The notes under the pieces: model-generated
Seen by the model: the letters and a program-made list of their open reading frames with translations, nothing else
Database searches by the model: none
What the model was told of the DNA's origin: nothing
Position numbers and translations under genes: made by a program
Shown here: piece by piece, positions 43,836 through 52,404 of the stretch
Layout of the letters: each line of letters opens with the position of its first letter
Numbering within the stretch: the first letter of the stretch is position 1
Source: Thermoplasmatota archaeon
GTDB lineage: Archaea; Thermoplasmatota; Thermoplasmata; UBA10834
DNA: 64,000 bases
Direction: 5' to 3'
Assembly: GCA_040751795.1 (NCBI GenBank)
Contig: JBFMHR010000002.1
Span: 256,001 to 320,000, forward strand

Positions 43836-44489
43836 CTATTTAAGGAGCATCTTGGCGTCGACCACGACGACGCCCCTGCTCTTTATGAAGACCGGGTTCA
43901 GGTCCATCTGGTCCAGCCTGTCCATGTGCTTCTCGCCGAAGGCCGAGACCGCGAGGAGGAGGTTCACTATCCCCTCCCTGTCGACCTTGATCTTCCTGAA
44001 GCCCTCCAGTATGGGCGCCGCCTTGATCTCCCTGAGCATCTCCTCGGCGTCCTCCCTCTTGATCGGGACGACCCTGAACGTGACGTCCTTGTAGACCTCG
44101 GTGTAGATGCCCCCGAGGCCGAACATGATGGTCAGGCCGAAGGTGCCGTCGTTGATGAGGCCGACTATGACCTCCACCTTCCTGTCCTGCATCGACTCGA
44201 CCAGGATGTCCTCCCCGGGGAACTTGTCCCTCATCTTGCAGAACTCCTGCTCGAACTGGTCCCTCGCGACGTCCAGGGCGACGCCCCCGACGTCCGTCTT
44301 GTGGAGTATCTTCGGCGAGCAGACCTTGAGCACGACCGGGAACTTCAGCTTCTTCTGGTCGATGTCCGCCATGGACCTGCCCACCTGGAAGTCGGTGGTG
44401 GGTATGCCCGCCTCGCGGAGCACCTCCTTGACCTCGTTCTCCGCGAGCGCCTTCCTGCCCTCCCTGAGCACGGAATCGATGACAGACAA
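43836..44489 (-). CDS. acdB: ADP-forming acyl-CoA synthetase beta subunit (ATP-grasp)
   Basis: FPVVLKVCSPKILHKTDVGGV, MFGLGGIYTEV, DLNP, VDAK; TTG start at 44489 with AGGAAGG RBS. Confidence 0.9.
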   Translation of the reverse strand: MSVIDSVLREGRKALAENEVKEVLREAGIPTTDFQVGRSMADIDQKKLKFPVVLKVCSPKILHKTDVGGVALDVARDQFEQEFCKMRDKFPGEDILVESMQDRKVEVIVGLINDGTFGLTIMFGLGGIYTEVYKDVTFRVVPIKREDAEEMLREIKAAPILEGFRKIKVDREGIVNLLLAVSAFGEKHMDRLDQMDLNPVFIKSRGVVVVDAKMLLK

Positions 44490-44521
44490 GTTGACCGCCT
44501 TCCTGATGCGCGAATCGCGCC

Positions 44522-45100
44522 TTAATCCTTGCCGTGGCTCTGTATCGCGGCCTGGCCAAGGCGCCTCCCGAGCGCCAGCGCGGCCCTGTTCAGGTCGTGC
44601 GTCGCCTTCGGGACGGACTCGAGCATCGCCCTCTCCAGCGCCTCGAACGAGACTATGTCCGAGATCTCCCTGAGCGCGCCGAGCATGACAACGTTGCCCA
44701 CGACCCTGGTGCCCATGCCCTCGGCCTCCTTCGTCGCCCTGACAAGGTACACGTGCCCCGAGGGCTTGGCCCTCACTAGGTCGGGGTCCAGGATGACCTT
44801 GGTCTCGGGCTTGACCTCGTGGATGTACTTCTCGTAGGCCTGCTGCGAAAGGACCACGAGGTAGTCCGGGATCTCGACGAACGGGTAGTGCATGTCCCCG
44901 GTGGAGATCTTGACGTCGCACTTGGAGTGCCCGCCCCTCGCCGAGGGGCCGTAGGACTGCGTCTGGATGGCCGACTTGCGGGTGACCTTCCCCTCCTTGG
45001 ACACGGGCCGGTCGTACAGGGCCGCGGCCCTGGCCAGGACCACCCCCATGAGGATGACCCCCTGGCCCCCGAAGCCCGTGAACCTAATGCCTGTCTCCAT
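44522..45100 (-). CDS. korC: 2-oxoacid:ferredoxin oxidoreductase gamma subunit
   Basis: GFGGQGVI, QSYGPSARGG, NVVMLG. Confidence 0.88.
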   Translation of the reverse strand: METGIRFTGFGGQGVILMGVVLARAAALYDRPVSKEGKVTRKSAIQTQSYGPSARGGHSKCDVKISTGDMHYPFVEIPDYLVVLSQQAYEKYIHEVKPETKVILDPDLVRAKPSGHVYLVRATKEAEGMGTRVVGNVVMLGALREISDIVSFEALERAMLESVPKATHDLNRAALALGRRLGQAAIQSHGKD

Positions 45101-45902
45101 GTCCCTCGACTCCTACCCTCTCCTGGTAGCACTCCCGGTCCCTGTTGACGAACTCGCCGATGGTGATCTGCCCGGCGAGGTTGAGGTCGACGTGGTCGAC
45201 GTCCGCCGCCCTGGACTTCTCCCTACGGACGGTGCTCGCCTTGAACCAGTCGAGCATCGCGGACGGGTCGGCCATCTTGTTCCTGCGGCCGAAGTTCGTC
45301 GGGCACTGCGAGACGACCTCTATGAAGTTGAAGCCCTTCTTCTCCAGGGCGACCTTGATGGACTTGGTGAGCTCGTGCACCTGCCTGGTGGTCCACCGGG
45401 CGACGTAGTTGGCGCCCGCCGCGACGGCGATCTCGGCGAGGTCGAACGGGTACTCCCTGTTGCCCGCCGGCGTCGTGGTCGAGAGGAAGTCGTGCGGCGT
45501 GGTGATGGACGCCTGCCCGCCCGTCATCCCGTAGATGTTGTTGTTTATGCAGATGACGTCCATGTCGACGTTCCGCCTGCACCCGTTGATGAAGTGGTTG
45601 CCCCCGATGGCCCCGAGGTCCCCGTCGCCCGTGAAGACGACTATGTCCAGCTCCGGCCTCGCCAGCTTGAGCCCGCTCGCGAAGGCGATGGCCCTCCCGT
45701 GGGTGGTGTGGAGCGCGTCGGCGTTGATGTAGAGGGGTATCCTGGACGAGCAGCCGATACCGCTCACGAAGACGGTGTTGTCGAGGTCCCAGCCGAGGTC
45801 GTTGAAGGCCCTGAAGAAGCAGTTCATGACCGTGCCGTTCCCGCAGCCGGGGCAGAAGACGTGCGGCCATCGGTCCTTCCTGTAGAAATCGAAGAGCTCC
45901 AT
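45084..45902 (-). CDS. korB: 2-oxoacid:ferredoxin oxidoreductase beta subunit
   Basis: FCPGCG, SGIGCS, HTTHGR, GDGD TPP motif, NNNIYGMTGGQ, SQCP; ATG at 45902. Confidence 0.92.
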   Translation of the reverse strand: MELFDFYRKDRWPHVFCPGCGNGTVMNCFFRAFNDLGWDLDNTVFVSGIGCSSRIPLYINADALHTTHGRAIAFASGLKLARPELDIVVFTGDGDLGAIGGNHFINGCRRNVDMDVICINNNIYGMTGGQASITTPHDFLSTTTPAGNREYPFDLAEIAVAAGANYVARWTTRQVHELTKSIKVALEKKGFNFIEVVSQCPTNFGRRNKMADPSAMLDWFKASTVRREKSRAADVDHVDLNLAGQITIGEFVNRDRECYQERVGVEGHGDRH

Positions 45903-47032
45903 CAGATCGCCCCCATCTCCCTGAGCTTGTGCCTTACCTCGCCCGGGGTCGGCGGGTCCCCGCCGATCTTGGTGAGCAGCTCCACCTTCTTGCAGCCCGC
46001 CTCCAGGGCCACCCTCTTGATGTCCCAGAAGAGCTGGCCCAGGTTCATCTCGCAGACGAGTATGTGGTCCGCCTTGGCGGCGACCTCCCTTATGGGCTCC
46101 TCGGGGAGCGGCCATATGGTCTTGAGCCTGAGGAGGCCGATCCTGTCGTCCGCGGCCGCGACCTCCCTCGCGCCGAACGAGGCTGAGCCATAGGATATGA
46201 CGAAGTGCTTCGAGTCGGGGCAGAAGGTCTCCCACTTGTTGATGTCCTTCCTGCTCCTGACGATCTTCTCGTTGAGCCTCCTGACCAGCTCGGAGTGCAC
46301 CTGCGGGTCCTCCGGCTCTATCCTGGCGTCGGGCCTGTGGGTCATGCCGGTGACGGCCGCCTTGTGCCCCTTGCCGAAGGTGGGGAACGGGGGCACCAGC
46401 TCGTCCGGCACGTCGTACGCCTCGTCCATCCTGCGCATCCCCCTCTCCTTCCTGTTCACGATCTTGATCTCGGACGGGACGGTGAGGAGGCCCCTCATGT
46501 GGCCGACCTCCGCGTCCGAGAGCAGGAAGGTCGGGACCCTGTACTTCTCCGAGTAGTTGAACGCCTTGACGGTGAGGTCGAACATCTCCTGGACGCTCGC
46601 CGGGGCGAACGCGATGACCTGGTAGTCGCCGTGCGAGCCCCACTTGGTGGCCATGACGTCGCCCTGGGACGCGCGGGTGGGCTGTCCCGTCGACGGGCCA
46701 CCCCTCATGACGTTGGCGACGACTATGGGCGTCTCGGACATGGCCGCGTAGCCGAACGCCTCCTGCATGAGGGAGAAGCCCGGTCCCGACGTTGCCGTCA
46801 TGGACTTGACGCCGCCCCACGAAGCACCAATGACCGCGGAGATGCAGGCGATCTCGTCCTCCATCTGGAGGAACGACCCGCCGACCTCCGGGAGCCTCTT
46901 GGCCAGGCCCTCGGCTATCTCCGTGGAGGGTGTGATAGGGTAGCCGGCGAAGAACCTCAGGCCTGAGGCGATGGAGGCCTCGACGCACGCGTCGTTACCC
47001 TGCAGGAAGTACTCGCCCGGTGCGAGGGTCAC
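45902..47032 (-). CDS. korA: 2-oxoacid:ferredoxin oxidoreductase alpha subunit
   Basis: GYPITPSTE, QMEDE, TATSGPG, RGGPSTG; GTG at 47032 overlaps the delta stop. Confidence 0.92.
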   Translation of the reverse strand: MTLAPGEYFLQGNDACVEASIASGLRFFAGYPITPSTEIAEGLAKRLPEVGGSFLQMEDEIACISAVIGASWGGVKSMTATSGPGFSLMQEAFGYAAMSETPIVVANVMRGGPSTGQPTRASQGDVMATKWGSHGDYQVIAFAPASVQEMFDLTVKAFNYSEKYRVPTFLLSDAEVGHMRGLLTVPSEIKIVNRKERGMRRMDEAYDVPDELVPPFPTFGKGHKAAVTGMTHRPDARIEPEDPQVHSELVRRLNEKIVRSRKDINKWETFCPDSKHFVISYGSASFGAREVAAADDRIGLLRLKTIWPLPEEPIREVAAKADHILVCEMNLGQLFWDIKRVALEAGCKKVELLTKIGGDPPTPGEVRHKLREMGAI

Positions 47033-47274
47033 TTCTTCTCCACCTCCTCCTCGGGCCTCCACGATATGGCCTGGTCGGGGCAGCTGAGGACGCACAGCTC
47101 GCAGATGAGCTTCCCCTCGCGCTTCCAGTTGTAGCAGCTCTCGGGCGAGCTCACCACCGCCGCGAAGTACCCGCGCTCGGAGAGCTCGGACCCCTTGGAG
47201 TAGCACTTCTTGGGGCAGATGTAGACGCAGATGTTGCATCCCTTGCAGTACTTGAGGTCGATGACCGTCCTCAT
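47029..47274 (-). CDS. korD: 2-oxoacid:ferredoxin oxidoreductase delta subunit (2x[4Fe-4S])
   Basis: CKGCNICVYICP and C-x9-CELCVLSCPD. Confidence 0.88.
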   Translation of the reverse strand: MRTVIDLKYCKGCNICVYICPKKCYSKGSELSERGYFAAVVSSPESCYNWKREGKLICELCVLSCPDQAISWRPEEEVEKK

Positions 47275-47476
47275 CTAGTTCGACCCGCGCCATCGGGAGA
47301 ACGATATTTGAATGTATTTGACATAACGGAATTCGCTACCAGCTCCTCCAGGACGGCCGCGGGGCCTTGTCAGATTGAGCGCGGCGGCCCTCAAAACCGT
47401 TCAATGTCCCGGAAGCGGGGGCGCCCGCAGGTCAGGCGTGCTCAAGAAAGCATTAATACAGGCCTCCCGATAACTC

Positions 47477-48400
47477 GTGCCCGAGACGATGGATGCGCTC
47501 CAGACGGAGATCCTGAAGCTGAAGGAGCAGAAGAACGCCGTCATCCTGGGCCACAACTACCAGCGCAAGGAGGTCCAGGAGGTCTCGGACTTCCTCGGCG
47601 ACTCGTACGGCCTCTCCGTCCAGGCGACGAAGACGAAGGCGAAGGTCATCGTGTTCTGCGGAGTGGACTTCATGGCCGAGTCGGCCAAGATACTCAACCC
47701 GGAGAAGGTCGTCCTGCACCCGAACCTCAGGGCCAGGTGCCCCATGGCGGGCATGGTGGACGTCAAAGGGCTGAGGGAGCTGAAGGCGGAGCACCCGGGC
47801 GCGCCGGTGGTCTCCTACGTAAACACGAGCGCCGAGGTCAAGGCGGAGAGCGACATATGCTGCACCTCCGCGAACGCCGTCAAGATCGTCAAGTCCCTCG
47901 AGGAGGGGAAGATCATATTCGTCCCGGACACCAACCTCGGCCTGTACGTCCAGAGGTTCGTGCCGGACAAGGAGATAGTCTTCTGGCCTGGCTACTGCCC
48001 GACCCACATGAACATCCAGGCCAAGGACCTCGAGAGGCTCAGGAAGGAGCACCCGGCCGCCGAGGTGCTGGTCCACCCGGAGTGCACCCCCGACGTGATC
48101 GACGCGGCGGACCACGCCTTCTCGACCGAGGGCATCATCAAGCACGTCACGGCCTCCCCGAAGAGGGAGTTCATCATAGGCACTGAGTCGAACATGCTCC
48201 ACAGGCTGAGGAAGGAGGCGCCGGGCAAGGTCTTCTACGAGGTGCCCAACGCCACCTGCCCCAACATGCGCGAGATCTCCCTGGAGGACGTGCGCGACTC
48301 GCTGGCGAAGACGCAGCACAGGGTCGAGCTGCCCGCGGACATCATCAGGAAGGCGCGCCTGCCCCTGGAGCGCATGCTCAAGGCCGGCCGCCAGGAATGA
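47477..48400 (+). CDS. nadA: Quinolinate synthase
   Basis: GHNYQ, GDSY, CGVDFMAE, CPMA, YVNTS, CPTH, HPEC, CPNM. Confidence 0.97.
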   Translation: MPETMDALQTEILKLKEQKNAVILGHNYQRKEVQEVSDFLGDSYGLSVQATKTKAKVIVFCGVDFMAESAKILNPEKVVLHPNLRARCPMAGMVDVKGLRELKAEHPGAPVVSYVNTSAEVKAESDICCTSANAVKIVKSLEEGKIIFVPDTNLGLYVQRFVPDKEIVFWPGYCPTHMNIQAKDLERLRKEHPAAEVLVHPECTPDVIDAADHAFSTEGIIKHVTASPKREFIIGTESNMLHRLRKEAPGKVFYEVPNATCPNMREISLEDVRDSLAKTQHRVELPADIIRKARLPLERMLKAGRQE

Positions 48401-49042
48401 TCACTGCGACGCCAGGTCCGCGACCGGGCTGACGGCGAAGTAGACGCCGAACACCACCATCAGCGCCCCGCACGCCCCGAAGACCACCTCGTGCACGAGG
48501 GGCGTCCAGAGGTGCCTGCTCCTGAAGACCGCGAAGGACGTGAACGAGTACCAGGCTAGGTCGCAGCTCCAGTGCACCACCGCGAACACGACCACCACTA
48601 TCGCGCCGAACTCCTCCGCCGTGAATATCAGCAGAGCGCCGACCGTCGCCCACCAGAGGAAGAAGTAGGGGTTCGCCGAGGTCGTGAAGGCGCCGGCGAC
48701 CAAGGCGCTTTCCGGGAGGGAGTCCTTCCCCGTGACGGCTATCTGCTTCCTGGCGCGGATCATCATCACTCCCATGAACGCGAGGAGGGCCCCGCCCACG
48801 AGGCCGATGGCCGTCATGACCCTCTCGTCCTCGAAGACGAACCCGAGGCTCAGCACGATGAGGGCCATGAGCGGGAACTCGATGAGGCCGTGGCCCAGGG
48901 CGATCTTGACGCCGGCCCTCTCGTCCCTGTAGCCCTTGGCGATGGTCGCGGCCAGCACCGGCCCTGGCATCATCACCCCGGAGAACGAGATGACTATGGC
49001 CATCCCGAGGAATATCCAGACGTTCTGACTTATCGGGTCCAC
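48401..49042 (-). CDS. LysE family translocator
   Basis: SGVMMPGP, GHGLIE, ANPYFFLWW; 6 TM segments. Confidence 0.9.
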   Translation of the reverse strand: MDPISQNVWIFLGMAIVISFSGVMMPGPVLAATIAKGYRDERAGVKIALGHGLIEFPLMALIVLSLGFVFEDERVMTAIGLVGGALLAFMGVMMIRARKQIAVTGKDSLPESALVAGAFTTSANPYFFLWWATVGALLIFTAEEFGAIVVVVFAVVHWSCDLAWYSFTSFAVFRSRHLWTPLVHEVVFGACGALMVVFGVYFAVSPVADLASQ

Positions 49043-49127
49043 TGGACCCTCACTAGGCCGCCGGGATATTTAACCCGTGCGCCGCAGGGCCCCTGGTGCT
49101 GGGTAGAAATATCCGCACGGCGTTGGG

Positions 49128-49204
49128 GAGCACCGAGTGATGAGAAGAGGGTCAGCTGAGGTCCAAAGGACCCGTGATGAGCCCTATGAGTGCTGAATCG
49201 CTCG
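49128..49204 (+). ncRNA. Box C/D guide sRNA (sR-tMet-like; predicted to guide Cm34 of pre-tRNA-Met)
   Basis: C GTGATGA 49137-43; 12-nt guide; D' CTGA 49156-59; GGTCC-AAA-GGACC hairpin; C' GTGATGA 49174-80; 12-nt guide; D CTGA 49193-96; flanking GAGC/GCTC stem. Confidence 0.9.
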
Positions 49205-49253
49205 ACAGAAACCCAGGCGCGCACGGGCGGAGCCGCCCGTGCGGCCGGCAACC

Positions 49254-49805
49254 TCAGAGCTCGAAGCCGTCGTAGTCGAGGTCGCAGATCCTCTTGAAGT
49301 ACCCGCGCGGGTGCTTGCAGTTGGGGCAGGTCTCGGGCGCCTCCTTGCCCCTGTGCATGTAGCCGCAGTTGGTGCAGAACCAGACCTCCTCCCCGTCAGA
49401 CTTGTACAGGCTCCCGTCCTTCAGCCTGTCCAGGAGGAGCTGGTACCTCTTGGCGTGGTGGTGCTCGATGCTGATCACGTGCTCGAAGAAATCTGCTGCG
49501 GCGTCGTTCCCCTCCTCGCGCGCGACCTTGGCGAACTCCGGGTACATCTTGGTCCACTCGTAGGTCTCGCCGGCGATGGCCTTCTTCAGGTTCTCCTCCG
49601 TGTCCCCGACCATCCCGAGGAGCTTCATGATCATCGCCGAGTGCTCGTACTCGTTCTCGGCGGTCTCCTCGAATATCTTGGCGATCGCCTGGTGGCCCTC
49701 CTTGTTGGCCGCCCCCGCCCATTTCGTGTACTTGGCCCTGGCCTCGCTCTCACCTGCGAGCGCGGCCTTGAGGTTCTCCTCGGTCTTGCTCACGATACCA
49801 CTCAA
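49254..49805 (-). CDS. rbr: Rubrerythrin
   Basis: ALAGES, ENEYEH, AGETYE, EHHH diiron motifs; C-terminal CTNCG..CPNC rubredoxin domain. Confidence 0.95.
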   Translation of the reverse strand: MSGIVSKTEENLKAALAGESEARAKYTKWAGAANKEGHQAIAKIFEETAENEYEHSAMIMKLLGMVGDTEENLKKAIAGETYEWTKMYPEFAKVAREEGNDAAADFFEHVISIEHHHAKRYQLLLDRLKDGSLYKSDGEEVWFCTNCGYMHRGKEAPETCPNCKHPRGYFKRICDLDYDGFEL

Positions 49806-49861
49806 TGCGAGATTGCGCTCCTTGGATAAGAAGGAATCCGCGAACCAGTCAGCCGCCCGCC

Positions 49862-50377
49862 TCAGGACTGGAGCGCCACGACGTAGTCTATGAACCTGCT
49901 CAGGGGCATGCCGTCGTTCCAGCGCATTATGAGGTTCCCCTCCTTCGAGGGCTGGATCTTCGGGAGCCTCTCGTACACCGGCTTCAGCCTCCCGTTGAGC
50001 GGCCCGACGTCCAGGGTGAACATCCTCCAGGCGTCGCCGCGCTGGCGCTTGTACCTGAAGGCGTATATGGGCATCAGTCCGACCCTCCTGCAGTCCTCCA
50101 TCATCTCGTTGGCCTGGATGACGAGCTTCTCGTTCCTGCTGAACCTCAGCACGTCGCTGGTCGAGCTCTTGACCTCGATGGGGAACGACAGCCCCGCGCT
50201 GATGGCGACGAGGTCCACCCCGAGGGAGCCCGCGCCCCTGACGACCATGAACGGCCTGTCGCGGATCCTGAGGTACCCGCCCCGCTCGAGCGGGTCGCAG
50301 GTCTTGGTCACCCTGGCCAGCACGTCCTCGTTGGCACTCAGGATGCCCTTGAGCTCTCGCTCAAAAATCTTTCCCAT
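49862..50377 (-). CDS. hjc: Holliday junction resolvase Hjc family
   Basis: GKIFERELK, RGAGSLGVDLVA, IEVKS PD-(D/E)xK motif. Confidence 0.85.
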   Translation of the reverse strand: MGKIFERELKGILSANEDVLARVTKTCDPLERGGYLRIRDRPFMVVRGAGSLGVDLVAISAGLSFPIEVKSSTSDVLRFSRNEKLVIQANEMMEDCRRVGLMPIYAFRYKRQRGDAWRMFTLDVGPLNGRLKPVYERLPKIQPSKEGNLIMRWNDGMPLSRFIDYVVALQS

Positions 50378-50417
50378 CGCCTTCAGGTATGTATGCTGCT
50401 AGCAAGATATAAACGCA

Positions 50418-50939
50418 TCACTTCTGGTTGCAGTCTTCCATGGCCGCCCTGTCCAGCTCGTCCTGCAGCGTCCCCGCCCCGACGTCCCTGTGGAACGAGG
50501 CCTCCGACTTGGCGCCCGGCGCCCCGGAGCAATCGTCGTCGGTGACGCCCGCGTAGACGATGTGCAGCCTCTTGACCGTCACTCCCCTGTAGTGCCATAC
50601 GACGTCGTACATCGCCGCCAGGTCCGTGCTCCTGAGGCCCACCCCGCACACCTCCTTGGCGACCCTCTTGGCCGCCGTGGGGATGTCCTCGTAGGTGCTG
50701 ATCGGCCCGGCGGGGAGTGACCACCCCTTCCCGCCCTTCCCCCTCACCAGGGCCGTGCCCTTCTGGCCCCTGATGACGAGGATCATCTGCCCCTTGCAGG
50801 GGGCGTAGTCCAGGTCTGCGGCCTCGCCCCGCCTGTCGTACTCGAACTTGCGGACGCTCAGCCTGGGGGTGGACAGCGCCAGGGCGTCGATCTCGTCGGC
50901 CGTCGGCAGCTCGACCAGGATCCTCTTGGGCGGCTTCAC
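50418..50939 (-). CDS. NUDIX-fold protein with degenerate Nudix box
   Basis: WSLPAGPISTYEDIPTAAKRVAKEVCGV versus consensus GX5EX7REUXEEXGU. Confidence 0.75.
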   Translation of the reverse strand: MKPPKRILVELPTADEIDALALSTPRLSVRKFEYDRRGEAADLDYAPCKGQMILVIRGQKGTALVRGKGGKGWSLPAGPISTYEDIPTAAKRVAKEVCGVGLRSTDLAAMYDVVWHYRGVTVKRLHIVYAGVTDDDCSGAPGAKSEASFHRDVGAGTLQDELDRAAMEDCNQK

Positions 50940-52264
50940 GGCGCCAGCCTTGACCTGTCCCTTGGGTATAGGACCGCCTCCCTGATGTTGGGGAGGTTGA
51001 GCATCTTCTGCACGAACCTCTCCACTCCGAAGCCGAACCCCCCGTGCGGGGGCATGCCGTACCTGAAGGCCTTGAGGTAGAACTCGAAGGAGTCGAGGCT
51101 CAGGTTGTTCTCCCTCATCTGCTCCGTGAGCACGTCGTACCTGTGCTCCCTCTGCCCGCCGGAGACGATCTCCTGCCCGCGGTAGTCGAGGTCGAAGTAG
51201 CCTGTGAGCTCGGGGTCGTCGTCCCGCCTCTTGGCGTAGAAAGTGCTCCTCTTAAGGGATGTCGGGAACTCCGTGATGAAATAAAGTTCGGCCTTCCTCT
51301 CCTCCATCATGACCTCCCCTAGGAGCTTCTCCCCCTCGGTCCCGAGGTCCTCCCCATGCTCGAGCTTCATCCCCCTCGACCGCACCATCTCGACAGCGTC
51401 CGCGTACTTGACGCGCGGGAACGGCGTCAGGGGCTGCCCGAGCTCGACGCCGAGCGCCCTGAGCTCAGGCTTCGCGTGCTCGCGCACGTATTCGAGCGCG
51501 CCGACGGCGATGCCCTCAGCGACGTCCATGACGTCCTCCGAGGAGTGTATGAACGCGAGCTCCACGTCGAGGGACGTGAACTCGGCGATGTGCCTTATCG
51601 TGTCGGAGGCCTCGGCCCTGAACGCCGGGGCGATCTCGAATATCCTGTCCAGCCCCGTCGCCATGAGGTTCTGCTTGTAGAGCTGCGGGCTCTGGGCCAG
51701 GTACGCCGTCCTGTCGAAGTACCGGACCTGGAACAGCGTGGAGCCGCCCTCGGCGCCGGCGGCGACGATCTTGGGGGTGCTGACCTCGGTGAAGCCCTGC
51801 GACACGAGGTAGGCCCTTATGCCCTGGAGCGTGACGGACTTGATGCGGAAGGCCGCCTTGACCTCCTCCTTCCTCAGGTCCATGAACCTGTTGTTGAGGC
51901 GGGTGTCGAGGTCTGCGCCGACCTTGTCAACCACGCCCAGCGGGAGGGGCGTCTCGGCCCTGTTCAGCACATCGATCTTCGACGGGAGGACCTCGAAGCC
52001 GGCCCTGGCCTCCTTGCTGGCCTTCGCCTCGCCGGTCACGAGGAGCACCGACTCCCTCGGTATGGAGGCGACGAGGTCGAAGAGCTCCTTGTTCCTCTTC
52101 TTGAGGAGGGTGACCTGGACGACGCCGCGCGAGTCCCTGAGCTGGAGGAACGATATCCCGCCGAGGTTCCGGACCTCCTGGGCCCAGCCGCCGACGGTGA
52201 CCTCCTTGCCGTACATCTCCGGAGTTATCTCGTCGGAGTAGGTGATGTGCTGCCATGTGGGCAA
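50936..52264 (-). CDS. aspS: Aspartyl-tRNA synthetase (archaeal type)
   Basis: OB fold, TRLNNRFMDLR, LAQSPQLYKQ, FRAE, SGGQR, GMPPHGGFGFGVER. Confidence 0.97.
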   Translation of the reverse strand: MPTWQHITYSDEITPEMYGKEVTVGGWAQEVRNLGGISFLQLRDSRGVVQVTLLKKRNKELFDLVASIPRESVLLVTGEAKASKEARAGFEVLPSKIDVLNRAETPLPLGVVDKVGADLDTRLNNRFMDLRKEEVKAAFRIKSVTLQGIRAYLVSQGFTEVSTPKIVAAGAEGGSTLFQVRYFDRTAYLAQSPQLYKQNLMATGLDRIFEIAPAFRAEASDTIRHIAEFTSLDVELAFIHSSEDVMDVAEGIAVGALEYVREHAKPELRALGVELGQPLTPFPRVKYADAVEMVRSRGMKLEHGEDLGTEGEKLLGEVMMEERKAELYFITEFPTSLKRSTFYAKRRDDDPELTGYFDLDYRGQEIVSGGQREHRYDVLTEQMRENNLSLDSFEFYLKAFRYGMPPHGGFGFGVERFVQKMLNLPNIREAVLYPRDRSRLAP

Positions 52265-52404
52265 GAGAATACCACCGTCGAGCGTAACCGGTCGCGGATA
52301 TTTACCTTTTCGCCGGCGGGCCCGCAGGCTATCACCTCCGATATCTCCCTGGCAACGTTAATCTAGGATAGCGCCCCCTATCGTGGCGGGACTCCGGTGG
52401 GCAA

